A stretch of 62,884 nucleotides of DNA, counting the filler, from an uncultured bacterium (GTDB taxonomy: Bacteria > CAZSTA01), in NCBI GenBank assembly GCA_964609495.1. It is 13 parts of 13 records of this genome, joined end to end, with 100 filler letters (N's around TTAATTAATTAA, not from the genome) between each part and the next. Parts side by side here need not be neighbours in the genome. Positions count along the whole stretch, not along the records: positions 15,183 to 20,058 come from CAZSTA010000240.1; positions 20,159 to 24,975 come from CAZSTA010000241.1; positions 25,076 to 29,892 come from CAZSTA010000242.1; 10 more parts are not named here. One strand, given 5' to 3'. This document shows positions 18,005 through 27,199 of this stretch, piece after piece (position 1 is the first letter of the stretch; every line of letters starts with the position of its first letter). A program made the position numbers and the translations under genes. A model generated the notes under the pieces. The model was not told where the DNA came from and ran no database searches. It worked only from the letters and a program-made list of their open reading frames with translations.

Positions 18005-18033
18005 ATTATATCGTATAAACTGATCTCTGTCAA
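18005..18033 (-). promoter_or_regulatory. consensus sigma70 promoter facing the repeat doublet and the 17663 ORF
   Basis: Minus strand TTGACA-N17-TATAAT. Confidence 0.7.
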
Positions 18034-18104
18034 GCATTATTCCGCGTTTAAAAATCAAAAAAGCTTCTTCTCTATAATCGCAAGATATGATGACTGCGGA
18101 GATT

Positions 18105-18926
18105 TTAACTCAGCTTGGTTATCACCTCCTCTCTCTTAAAGGCTTTAGCTCCTAAGCGAATTAAGATATAGTCAATGATCCAGAAAACTAAACCAAGAAG
18201 TCCAGCAAATCCTGTGCTTAGATAGATAACCCCAAACACTTGAAGGAATATGATAGCCAGAATCGGAAGAACAACAGTTCCTCCTAATTGCTGAGCTTCT
18301 TGGAAACCTCTCACCTTAGCCGAGACCAAAACAGTTACTCCCAGACCGAAGAAGGAGATCGCGGGGACAACCCAGATCATCAGCACGATCCAGAGCAGAT
18401 TAGGGAAGAATATCCTTTGAAAGGTGGGATAGGCTAGGATATTAACTATTAAGGTGTAAGCGATAAAGCATATCCAGGCTATGATCACCGAAGGAATAAA
18501 GGCTGAAAGGATCTTCCCCGCTAGAAGCTCTTCATCCGTTATAGGTGTATATAGTATCCCTTCTATAGTCTTTCGCTCCTTCTCTCCGGCGAAGCTATTT
18601 GCCCCGATTATGCTGGAGAACATAAGAGGCACTATCAGGAAGAAGGGAGCGAAGAAGAGAACGATCATCAAATATATCTGCCTCTGCTTATCCGTTAGAT
18701 CGATTATCTGACTGCTCAAGCTGGGAGGCATCTTGTCTATGAAGTTATCTAAGAACTCCTGAGATGAAGAGACAAGATTCCCTGAAGATGGTATTAAGAT
18801 AACCAAGCTGGGAAGGACGATCACCATAATAATGGGAACGATGATCATCGGGATCCAAAGCTGTTTGCTTTCTTTTACCTCCTTCAAATCCTTTCTGAAG
18901 ATTACGCTTATCCGCTTCATATTCAC
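18105..18926 (-). CDS. ABC-2 type transporter permease
   Basis: SFAGEKERKTIEGILYTP..ELLAGK motif; multiple TMs; overlaps the ATPase stop. Confidence 0.9.
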   Translation of the reverse strand: MNMKRISVIFRKDLKEVKESKQLWIPMIIVPIIMVIVLPSLVILIPSSGNLVSSSQEFLDNFIDKMPPSLSSQIIDLTDKQRQIYLMIVLFFAPFFLIVPLMFSSIIGANSFAGEKERKTIEGILYTPITDEELLAGKILSAFIPSVIIAWICFIAYTLIVNILAYPTFQRIFFPNLLWIVLMIWVVPAISFFGLGVTVLVSAKVRGFQEAQQLGGTVVLPILAIIFLQVFGVIYLSTGFAGLLGLVFWIIDYILIRLGAKAFKREEVITKLS

Positions 18927-19867
18927 TTATTATCACCCCTCAGCTTGAAATATATCTCTTCTAGGGAATGGGCTGCCTCAATTACTGAGAATATCCTGCC
19001 CCCAGCATCGACGATAGTCTTTACTAAATCTGGTATCCTATCCGAGGTTTCAAGTTTTATGGAGAGCTTGTTATCATCCTCTACTTTCAAGCCATCGGTA
19101 TAGTCTAAATCTTCGATCATCTTCACTAGAGAATCGCTTATCTCTGCTAAGGAGATATCAACTTGAGTCCCCTCCCAAAGTCTCTTCTCGAGCTCCTTCG
19201 GAGAGCCAGAGGCTATTATCCTCCCTTCACTTATCACCGCTATTCTTGAGCATAACCTCTGAGCTTCCTGAAGATTATGAGTGCAGATAAAGACGGTTCT
19301 TCTTTCCTCTTTACTTAGTTCTTCAATATAATCTCTAACTAACCTCGCAGCTTCTGGATCAAGCTTCGCGGTGGGCTCATCGAGGAATAGGATATCTGGA
19401 TCGTGAATCATAGTCCTAGCTAGTGAGAGCCTCTGCTTCATTCCAGAACTGAAAGCCCCTACTTTATCATTCTTTCTATTCGATAGGCCGAATAATTCCA
19501 ACATCTCATCTATCCTTCTCTCCAACTCCTTTCCCCGAATCCCATACAATTCGCCGAAAATACGCAGGTTTTCGATTGCAGATAATCTCTCATAAAGGGC
19601 TGCGCTTTCTGTCAGAACCCCTGTTCTCCTCCTGATCTCAGTTGGATCTTCCAAGATATCATAACCCATAACTTTGGCTGAGCCAGAAGTAGGTTTAAGC
19701 AGACAGTTCAAAAGCCGAATCGTAGTAGTTTTGCCTGCCCCGTTAGGACCTATAAAACCAAATATCTCGCCTCTCTCAACTGTCAAATTCAACTCGCTAA
19801 CTGCTAAAATGCCATCGAATCTTTTACTCAGATTAGAAGTTTCGATTACATTATTTTCTTCTGGCAA
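18923..19867 (-). CDS. ABC transporter ATP-binding protein (CcmA/DrrA-like)
   Basis: GPNGAGKTT, FSSGMKQR and LFLDEPT motifs; start placed at TTG 19867 after a GGGGGTG SD, since the longer ORF begins inside a repeat. Confidence 0.92.
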   Translation of the reverse strand: MPEENNVIETSNLSKRFDGILAVSELNLTVERGEIFGFIGPNGAGKTTTIRLLNCLLKPTSGSAKVMGYDILEDPTEIRRRTGVLTESAALYERLSAIENLRIFGELYGIRGKELERRIDEMLELFGLSNRKNDKVGAFSSGMKQRLSLARTMIHDPDILFLDEPTAKLDPEAARLVRDYIEELSKEERRTVFICTHNLQEAQRLCSRIAVISEGRIIASGSPKELEKRLWEGTQVDISLAEISDSLVKMIEDLDYTDGLKVEDDNKLSIKLETSDRIPDLVKTIVDAGGRIFSVIEAAHSLEEIYFKLRGDNK

Positions 19868-19890
19868 TAGTAAAGCACCCCCTAGGTGAA

Positions 19891-20058
19891 GGATGCATAT
19901 AGAATCAGGGATCAAAATGATTTCAGATCGAATTATAATTCCCCCTCACCCTGGCCCTCTCCCACGAGGGGAGAGGGGACATCGAGATAGAGCTGATCTC
20001 TCTAGTTCCCCCTCCCTCGATGGGAGGGGGATAGGGGGAGGGTGTAATACAAAGTAAA
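19891..20058. repeat. GGATGCATATA-ended composite repeat containing a hairpin doublet; contig ends inside it
   Basis: Left part matches 10012-10082; right part matches the reverse complement of 34774-34806. Confidence 0.88.
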
Positions 20059-20160
20059 NNNNNNNNNNNNNNNNNNNNNNNNNNNNNNNNNNNNNNNNNN
20101 NNTTAATTAATTAANNNNNNNNNNNNNNNNNNNNNNNNNNNNNNNNNNNNNNNNNNNNCT

Positions 20161-20961
20161 GGCTTGGGAGATGCCTTCTGTGCCAAGATAGTGGCGAGTG
20201 ACCCGATAGTAGCCGAGCAACCGATGTATTGGAACTGGAGTGGAGGATTCCCCCAAGGAGGACATACCACCATTGGAGCGAGAGCTGGGATGGGAGGTCT
20301 AAGTCTTCCTCCATTCCCACTCCCAATTAAAAAGATGGAAAAGGATAGCTCCCCTGAGATAGAGATAAAGATGAATGGTAAGGAGATATTGGAAGGAGAT
20401 TATATCCCCTCTGGTGGAAAGCTAGAAGCGATAATCAGAGATGGAGATGGAGTAAGAGAGGATCCTCTGCTTAGTGTCTATGGAGAAGAGAGCCAATCTA
20501 CTGCGATGTATGAGAGTAGAGAGGTGAAGATGCTAGATGCTTCTACTGCTATTGTGAGTTGCAAGGTAGAGGAGCTAGAGGAGGGAGAGTATGAGATAGT
20601 AGCGATATCTTATGACAAGTTAGGGAATAGAGGGGAGAAGAGAGTGAGAGTAGAAGTGAAGTCAGTATTAGCTTTGCAGAAGCTGAGATATTACACCGAA
20701 GGGAAGAAAGATGGAGGAGTATTCAGCTATGTGCTATCGAAGGGAGCGGAGAGAGTAATCTTGAAGCTTTACACCGTAGCTGGGGAATTAGTGAGGAAGA
20801 TAGAAGATTTACCGGGAGAAGCAGGATATAATGAATATGAATGGGATGGAGCGGATGAGAGAGGAGAGTTAGTGGATAATGGGGTATATATCTACAGGAT
20901 AGAAGCAAGAGATGAGGAGAGGAAGGTGGAAGCTCTTGAGAAGATGGCGATAGTTGAGTGA
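20161..20961 (+). CDS. C-terminal fragment of a secreted/surface protein with FlgD-Ig-like terminal domain
   Basis: LYTVAGELVRKI...EWDGADERGELVDNGVYIYRI motif; preceded by IVAEQPMYW...GGHTTIG. Confidence 0.75.
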   Translation, partial: GLGDAFCAKIVASDPIVAEQPMYWNWSGGFPQGGHTTIGARAGMGGLSLPPFPLPIKKMEKDSSPEIEIKMNGKEILEGDYIPSGGKLEAIIRDGDGVREDPLLSVYGEESQSTAMYESREVKMLDASTAIVSCKVEELEEGEYEIVAISYDKLGNRGEKRVRVEVKSVLALQKLRYYTEGKKDGGVFSYVLSKGAERVILKLYTVAGELVRKIEDLPGEAGYNEYEWDGADERGELVDNGVYIYRIEARDEERKVEALEKMAIVE

Positions 20962-20984
20962 GGATAAGTAAATATTGATTAAAT

Positions 20985-21018
20985 AAGCTGGAGAGTTTAT
21001 TAAGCTCTCCAGCTTTTT
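20985..21018. terminator. rho-independent terminator
   Basis: AAGCTGGAGAG-loop-CTCTCCAGCTT followed by a T run. Confidence 0.75.
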
Positions 21019-21062
21019 GTGTCTTTGAACTATTAATAAGGATTGGAATTAGATTTCCACTC

Positions 21063-22634
21063 TTAACGCCGATTCTGAGCTACGCTATCCAACCATTGAC
21101 AAAACTCATCCCATCTAGTATCATTCGCAAAATCGTGCGAGCTACTGTAAATATAGTTATATTCGTCCGTCCAATTCAAATAGATAGCCAATCCATGAGA
21201 ATTTGCGAAACTAACCTCGGTATCTCCGTAGCTATCATCGCGCGATATCGTATAGCTCACCACTTTATCTATAGTATCCATAACCTCCTTGGCCCGGTTA
21301 ATCAAGGCGAAATCCGCCTGGGGCCAATTCTCGACAAGTTGGGCAAAGTGATAATAATCCGCTAGAGTGGAGAACTGCGGATAACCAGGATCTATGAAAT
21401 TATAGGTCTGGCGATCATCCTCGATGTCCTCGTAATATGAGCCAGTTACTAGCTCAGGATATCCCATAAGCAGAGAGACGAAGCTATCTGTAACCTGAGC
21501 TAGTTCATCCATATAGCTCAGATCGTAAACGGATAGGATAGCAGGATAAGTGCCTTCCTCCGCTTGCGATCCTCCTATACCATAGGAGGTTACATATAGA
21601 TCGGATATCTTCTCAGATATCTCCAAAGGGGTCAAATCAGGATCCCTCACTAAATCCTTGAGGATGTCATCATAAGGCCACCCATCAGCAGGCACCAATT
21701 CAGGAGAAGCTACAACGTAATCAGCATAATCTCTAAGTTGATAGGTAACCTCAGCCAATCCCATCAAACAACCATCGAAGCTGACTATATCTAAATGGTA
21801 TCCAGAGAAGGCTTCGGGGAACTCATTGAGATGAAGATAATCACCAGAGGTGAAATCAAAAGCGATCCCTTTGAAGTTACTTGCAGTTCCTCCCCGCCAG
21901 CCATTGCCATGATCCCAAATCACTAGAAGATAATATTCGGCGGGATAAGTGCTCATCGCCCACCCTATAAAGTTCCATAACGTTTGAGGATCTCCCATAT
22001 TCAATTCCCCTAAAGACTGAAGCTCTTCCTTATGACCGGGAAAGATATAATAACGTTTAGTGGAGGAGGGCATTCCATAAATTCCCTTTAGTCCATCCCA
22101 CTGCACTACAACGTTTACCTCTCCGCTAGAGCCTATCTTCTCCATCTCGGGGATATCATCAAGCGCTCCGAAGCTCTCGAGATCATTATCCGCATCGAGA
22201 TAGATCATAACCGTCCATTTACGCGGAAGGGGGAGGATAGGAATTACCTCTGGTTCACCTAACTTAGTAATATTCCCCTCCTTGATTACGATCCCCTCTA
22301 TTCGCCTCATCTGATACCCATCCGCAGAAATGATCACAGTATAAGTTCCAGAGGCAATGCCAGTCATCTTGAAGTATCCGTTGGCTTCCGTGTGTGTTGA
22401 ATATTCAGTTCCCTCTAATTCCACTTTAGCCTGAGCTAAGGGAACATAACCCGCTGGAGCTAAGGGCGTTTTCCCAACTCGTAAATCCACCTCAGTTCGT
22501 TGAGCATTAAGGGGAGCATATATATATCCCTCGAGCGTCCCCTTAGGAGTAGGAGTTACTTTCTCCTGAGAACATCCTCCACTCAGAACTAGAATTAATG
22601 ATAAAGAGATTAATATAAATTTCTTCGAAAGCAT
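21063..22634 (-). CDS. clostripain-family (C11) cysteine peptidase, lipoprotein with carboxypeptidase-regulatory-like domain
   Basis: Lipobox LSGGC; KWTVMIYLDADNDLE, NMGDP, WDHGNGW (His) and FDGCLMG (Cys) motifs. Confidence 0.9.
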   Translation of the reverse strand: MLSKKFILISLSLILVLSGGCSQEKVTPTPKGTLEGYIYAPLNAQRTEVDLRVGKTPLAPAGYVPLAQAKVELEGTEYSTHTEANGYFKMTGIASGTYTVIISADGYQMRRIEGIVIKEGNITKLGEPEVIPILPLPRKWTVMIYLDADNDLESFGALDDIPEMEKIGSSGEVNVVVQWDGLKGIYGMPSSTKRYYIFPGHKEELQSLGELNMGDPQTLWNFIGWAMSTYPAEYYLLVIWDHGNGWRGGTASNFKGIAFDFTSGDYLHLNEFPEAFSGYHLDIVSFDGCLMGLAEVTYQLRDYADYVVASPELVPADGWPYDDILKDLVRDPDLTPLEISEKISDLYVTSYGIGGSQAEEGTYPAILSVYDLSYMDELAQVTDSFVSLLMGYPELVTGSYYEDIEDDRQTYNFIDPGYPQFSTLADYYHFAQLVENWPQADFALINRAKEVMDTIDKVVSYTISRDDSYGDTEVSFANSHGLAIYLNWTDEYNYIYSSSHDFANDTRWDEFCQWLDSVAQNRR

Positions 22635-22754
22635 CTGATCAGCTCCTTAGTTATATAGAGGATACGGCAAGTCTCAAGCGTCCCTTCAAGTCTCTCTATT
22701 TGAGTCTTATAATGAGTTATGTAAAATTCAGATAGATTACTTGACAACACCAGA

Positions 22755-22888
22755 GGGGTTGGGGGAGGGTGTAAAGGAAACTTTTTTACCTTGAGTTTTG
22801 TTACCTGCAAAAGTTTCCTTTATTTAAGGTGAGTTCAAGTCCTAATCTGCTCTCGAACATCTCAGACAAAAATTTTGAAACTACTTAA
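22755..22888. repeat. composite repeat: hairpin tail + ~50-bp MITE (22772-22822) + TTGAAACTACTTAA end
   Basis: Flanks match 44415-44462 and the reverse complement of 32403-32476. Confidence 0.85.
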
Positions 22889-22939
22889 AACAGGCTGATA
22901 ACTTTTAGCTATCAGCTTGCTTTATACTATCTACATCAT

Positions 22940-23806
22940 TTAACCCTTGACTGCTCCTCCAGTCAATCCCTCTACGATATACCTTTGGAATATTAAAGCT
23001 AGAATCAAGGGGGGAAGAGAAGCAATAACTCCTACCGTACACATCAGCCCATAATCTATACGAAAGCGTCCTATAAATTCTGCTAGAGCAACTGGCATCG
23101 TCTTCGAGGCTAGGCTATTGGTGAAGATCAAAGCCATAAGAAACTCATTCCAAGCGCCAAGAAAAGCGAATATTCCAGTGGTGAATAAGCCAGGGGTGGA
23201 GAGAGGGATAATAACTCTGAATAGGGCGCCAACTCTGGAGCAACCATCGATCATCGCCGCATCCTCTAGATCTTGAGGGATGGTCTGGAAATATCCCTTC
23301 ATAATCCAAGTAACAAAGGGCAGGCTGAAGGAGCAATACAAGATGATCAGCGTGATTCGCCTATCTAGCATACGCAGAGCGTTGGTGATTATGTATAAGG
23401 GGATGACGATAGCTATACCCGGGATCATCTGAACGAAGAGGATAACGAAGATGAATTTATCCTTAAAAGGCATATCTAAGCGAGCGAAAGCGTAAGCAGC
23501 TAATGAACCAGTAAATAGGCAGATCGCGGTTACATTTAGAGCCACGATCAGGCTATTCTTCAATGAAACTTTGAATTGATAGTTGACCCCGGGCGTCTTG
23601 ACAGTGGAGGTGATGATATCTATATAGTTCTTGAACGAAACCTTGCTGGGTATCCATCTAGGAGGAACGGTGAGAAGTTCGCTCTCAGAGACGATGCTGG
23701 AAAAGAAGAGTAGGAAGATAGGAAACAATGTCCACACCATAGTTATAATCACTAAGATATATGTAGATAAGCGATTAAGCCCATATCGAAATATCTTACG
23801 GGACAT
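22940..23806 (-). CDS. carbohydrate ABC transporter permease
   Basis: LEDAAMIDG loop, AWNEFL, GLTGGAVKG C-terminus. Confidence 0.92.
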   Translation of the reverse strand: MSRKIFRYGLNRLSTYILVIITMVWTLFPIFLLFFSSIVSESELLTVPPRWIPSKVSFKNYIDIITSTVKTPGVNYQFKVSLKNSLIVALNVTAICLFTGSLAAYAFARLDMPFKDKFIFVILFVQMIPGIAIVIPLYIITNALRMLDRRITLIILYCSFSLPFVTWIMKGYFQTIPQDLEDAAMIDGCSRVGALFRVIIPLSTPGLFTTGIFAFLGAWNEFLMALIFTNSLASKTMPVALAEFIGRFRIDYGLMCTVGVIASLPPLILALIFQRYIVEGLTGGAVKG

Positions 23807-23820
23807 ATAGAACCTCTTAA

Positions 23821-24759
23821 CTAATAAATATCTTCGGTCTTCAAAAGCTTAAAATAGACATAAACTAAAACTAGAATAACCAAAGTCAGAGTATAAGATA
23901 TAGCCGCTCCATAGCCTATATTTAGAAAGTCGAAGCTCTCCCTATATATATAATAGCTGATTACCTGAGTGGAGTTAGCAGGACCTCCTCCAGTTAGGAT
24001 ATAAACTAAATCGAATATCTTGAAGGTCGCTATCGTCTTTAATACCATCATAACCAGGGAGATGGGGACTAATAGGGGTAAGATAATTTTGGTCAAGGTC
24101 TGCCATCCAGTTGCCCCATCGACCTTAGCCGCATCCATCAACTCCTTGGGGATGGTCTGTAAACCAGCGAGATAGAGCATTATGGCAAAGGGAGTGCCTT
24201 GCCAGAGATTAGCCAGTATTAACATATGCAAAGCTAATAGGGGACTGGATAGCCAGGCTTTATATCCAGAAATAATTCCCAATTTAAATAATATACCGTT
24301 TAGGAAGCCATAATCGGGATTATACATCCATTTCCAGATCAAGCCATTCACGGTGGGTGGCAAAACATAGGGCAGTATAACTAAGGCTCTCACTACTCCT
24401 CGGAAATGGAATCGCTTATGTAAGAGTAAGGCTATACCCAAGCCCAAAGACATCCCTACGCAGATATCGAATAGAACGAAATAGGCAGTGCGTCCTAAAG
24501 AAGCCCAAAACTCCCTATTCTTTATCGTATCTCTATAATGCTCAACTCCTACGAATTCCACTCCTCGCGCTGGTCTATTTATGTTCATATCATGGAAGCT
24601 GATATAGATAGAGTAGAAGAGGGGATAGATGAGAACACAGAAGATGATAAGGGAGCTAGGCAGAAGCAGGATAAAGCCCAACTGCTTCTTCGTTAGATAG
24701 CCAGTTCTTAAATTGGTTAGGAAGCTCTTCCTTCTTACATTAGCTCTTCTCATTTTCAT
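23821..24759 (-). CDS. carbohydrate ABC transporter permease
   Basis: LAGLQTIP..LMDAAKVDGA, TGGGP motifs. Confidence 0.92.
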   Translation of the reverse strand: MKMRRANVRRKSFLTNLRTGYLTKKQLGFILLLPSSLIIFCVLIYPLFYSIYISFHDMNINRPARGVEFVGVEHYRDTIKNREFWASLGRTAYFVLFDICVGMSLGLGIALLLHKRFHFRGVVRALVILPYVLPPTVNGLIWKWMYNPDYGFLNGILFKLGIISGYKAWLSSPLLALHMLILANLWQGTPFAIMLYLAGLQTIPKELMDAAKVDGATGWQTLTKIILPLLVPISLVMMVLKTIATFKIFDLVYILTGGGPANSTQVISYYIYRESFDFLNIGYGAAISYTLTLVILVLVYVYFKLLKTEDIY

Positions 24760-25077
24760 CTCTAAAAGCTTGTCTTAAGTAGTTTCAAAAAAGTTTCAGT
24801 AGGCGTAAAAGGCTAAATTGCTATATAATAAATTCATTGCATAATATAATATCTAAATATGTTTTAATAAACTTTTAATCCTCATTTTAACATTTGTTAA
24901 ATCTTCACTATTCGGTCGTCCCCTAATATCCCCTAGTTTTCCCTTCGTGCTCAGCTCTTCAGAACCATGAAATTCNNNNNNNNNNNNNNNNNNNNNNNNN
25001 NNNNNNNNNNNNNNNNNNNTTAATTAATTAANNNNNNNNNNNNNNNNNNNNNNNNNNNNNNNNNNNNNNNNNNNNAG

Positions 25078-25470
25078 CCCACTTTATATAATAATGAGAG
25101 GTTATTCATAAATAAGTTCCTCTATCGCTTTGGTGAACCTAATCAGGGTGATATAATAGTCTTCAGAGCTCCAATAGCTCCCAAGAAGAACTTCATCAAA
25201 AGAGTGATCGCTGTTCCGGGGGATACAATTGAGATAAGGAAGGGGATAGTATATGTAGATGGAAAACGATTAGAAGAACCTTATGTCGAGAGCAGATCTT
25301 ATGATTATATAGAACCGATGGTAGTTCCCGAGGGGAGTGTATTCGTCCTGGGCGACAACAGAAATAATTCCAGTGATAGTCGCTCCTGGTCATTCTTACC
25401 TATTAAGAATATCAAGGGGAAGACTTTCGTAATTTGGTGGCCACCCGGTAAGATAAAATTAATACGCTAG
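25078..25470 (+). CDS. lepB: signal peptidase I, 5'-truncated
   Basis: PTL...GDIIVF...FIKRVIAVPGD...FVLGDNRNNSSDSR. Confidence 0.93.
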   Translation, partial: PTLYNNERLFINKFLYRFGEPNQGDIIVFRAPIAPKKNFIKRVIAVPGDTIEIRKGIVYVDGKRLEEPYVESRSYDYIEPMVVPEGSVFVLGDNRNNSSDSRSWSFLPIKNIKGKTFVIWWPPGKIKLIR

Positions 25471-25603
25471 GATAATAGATGAGATACGGATATCCTCAGC
25501 TATTCCCCTGAACAAAGTAACAAATATTTTGGAGAGCACTTTTATATTAGCTACTTTGCCTGCCCTTTTATCCTTCCTTCTCTCTTTAGTCTATCGGAAG
25601 AGG

Positions 25604-26014
25604 TTAATGGCCAGTGGTGGTTATTATTAGCTTGCCATGTTTTACCCCTTTGGTGCAGATCAATTTATCGGCTATCTCCCTAATATCTGAACTCTTTCCT
25701 CGAGTTGCTAGGACTTCTAAGCAGTTATGCTCATCTAGATGAACATGCATAGAGGATACAACCAGATCTCTATGTTGATGTTGGATATCCGTTAGAATAT
25801 CAACTAAATCGGTTTTTTCATGATTATAAACCATAGTGATTGTCCCAGCAACTTCCTTTTCCTCCATCTCCCATTCGCTTTGTATTAAGTAATCTCTGAT
25901 TATGCTTTCGATCGCTTTCGATCTATTAGCATATCCCTTCCTTTTCACGAACTTATCAAATCTATCCAAAAGTTCAGAATCAAGGGAAACTCCAAATCTA
26001 GTGACTCTTTCCAT
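25604..26014 (-). CDS. nikR: nickel-responsive transcriptional regulator
   Basis: RFGVSLD...GYANRS ribbon-helix-helix and MHVHLDEHNCLEV nickel site. Confidence 0.95.
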   Translation of the reverse strand: MERVTRFGVSLDSELLDRFDKFVKRKGYANRSKAIESIIRDYLIQSEWEMEEKEVAGTITMVYNHEKTDLVDILTDIQHQHRDLVVSSMHVHLDEHNCLEVLATRGKSSDIREIADKLICTKGVKHGKLIITTTGH

Positions 26015-26109
26015 CTTAATACCTCATTATATAACTGAATATTAATCACTAATTTATGACCACTTTAAGTGTTAATATATACCATTTCGAGTTAAATCCT
26101 ATAGTTAAT

Positions 26110-26138
26110 AGTATATCATAATACTTGAATAAAGTCAA
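26110..26138 (-). promoter_or_regulatory. promoter for nikR
   Basis: Minus strand TTGACT-N17-TATACT with extended -10 TG. Confidence 0.6.
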
Positions 26139-26207
26139 CAATCTCATAGGATAACAAAGTATGTGAAATTTCGTGCTAGTAGATTTTTACTAAGAAGTCA
26201 AGATATG

Positions 26208-26250
26208 CTCCCCCTCAGCTCATCTCTCTCCCACACAAGGGGAGAGGGAA
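26208..26250. repeat. degenerate single BoxC-like hairpin
   Basis: CCCCCTCAGCTCATCTCTCTCCCACACAAGGGGAGAGGGAA. Confidence 0.7.
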
Positions 26251-26269
26251 CGTCTTAAACATCCTACTC

Positions 26270-27196
26270 TTAATCAATTCCTCTGAGCCTTGGATCTAGA
26301 GCCTCTCGCAAGCCATCTCCTAGGAAATTAAATGCGGCTACCGTGAGCATTATAGCTAATCCTGGAAAGAGCATCAAATGGGATGCGACTTGGATAAAAG
26401 GTCGTCCCTCATTCAGCATCTTGCCCCACTCCGGAGTCGGCGGCTGCGCTCCCAACCCTAGAAATGATAGAGCCGTTATACTTAAGATGATCCTCCCTAT
26501 ATCCAAAGTGGCGAGTATTATTATGGGAGAGATAGCATTAGGGAGGATATGGTAGAAGATTATCCTGAGATCGCTTGCTCCACTTGCCCTGACCGCGGTG
26601 ATATACTCCTTTTCCTTGATGGAGAGGGTAACCCCTCTAATTATCCTCGTATATCCTACCCAGCGAGTAGCGGCAATAGCTATCATCACATTTGTGAGAC
26701 TCGGCCCTAACATTCCAGCGATGGCTAAAGCTAGAATAAGACTAGGAAAAGCCATCAGCGTATCTACTATCCTCATAATTATGTTATCCACCCGTCCTCC
26801 CATATATCCAGAGAGCATTCCCAGAGGGATGCCAACTATAACGGTCAGGATCAAAACAAGCACCGCAGTAGTTAAAGAGATACGAGTCCCATATATCAAG
26901 CGAGAAAGAATACATCGCCCCAAATTATCTGTTCCTAGAGGAAAGTCCCTAGTGGGAGATTTCAACTTTCGAGAAAGTTTAAGCTCTAATGGATCATGAG
27001 GAGCGATATAGGGAGCAAAAATACTGATTATTATTAGAGAAATTATAATAACCAAGCCTAAAATAGCTAATTTGTCCCTGGACAGCCTTCTTAGGGCTGG
27101 TTTAAAAGAGCTTAAAATAAGACCGATCTGCTTCCAAAAAGCCAAGAGAGAAATAATATTTCTTCTGTTCTGTAGATATCCTTCTATGGGTAACAC
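26270..27196 (-). CDS. nikC: nickel/peptide ABC transporter permease (NikC/OppC family)
   Basis: LGTDNLGRCILSRLIYGTR, LSFLGLGAQPPTPEWG; next to nikR. Start uncertain. Confidence 0.8.
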   Translation of the reverse strand: MLPIEGYLQNRRNIISLLAFWKQIGLILSSFKPALRRLSRDKLAILGLVIIISLIIISIFAPYIAPHDPLELKLSRKLKSPTRDFPLGTDNLGRCILSRLIYGTRISLTTAVLVLILTVIVGIPLGMLSGYMGGRVDNIIMRIVDTLMAFPSLILALAIAGMLGPSLTNVMIAIAATRWVGYTRIIRGVTLSIKEKEYITAVRASGASDLRIIFYHILPNAISPIIILATLDIGRIILSITALSFLGLGAQPPTPEWGKMLNEGRPFIQVASHLMLFPGLAIMLTVAAFNFLGDGLREALDPRLRGID

Positions 27197-27199
27197 CTC

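Noticed and set aside
20300-20961. Extremely purine-rich plus strand
   Set aside because: Explained by Glu/Lys/Gly/Arg-rich coding with GAG/AAG/GGA codons.
22610-22810. 66-aa minus-strand ORF
   Set aside because: It starts inside the mini-MITE and runs through repeat sequence.
26040-26160. Possible NikR operator upstream of nikR
   Set aside because: Only a short AGTAT-N6-ATACT symmetry overlapping the -10 box, which does not match the known GTATGA-N16-TCATAC spacing.
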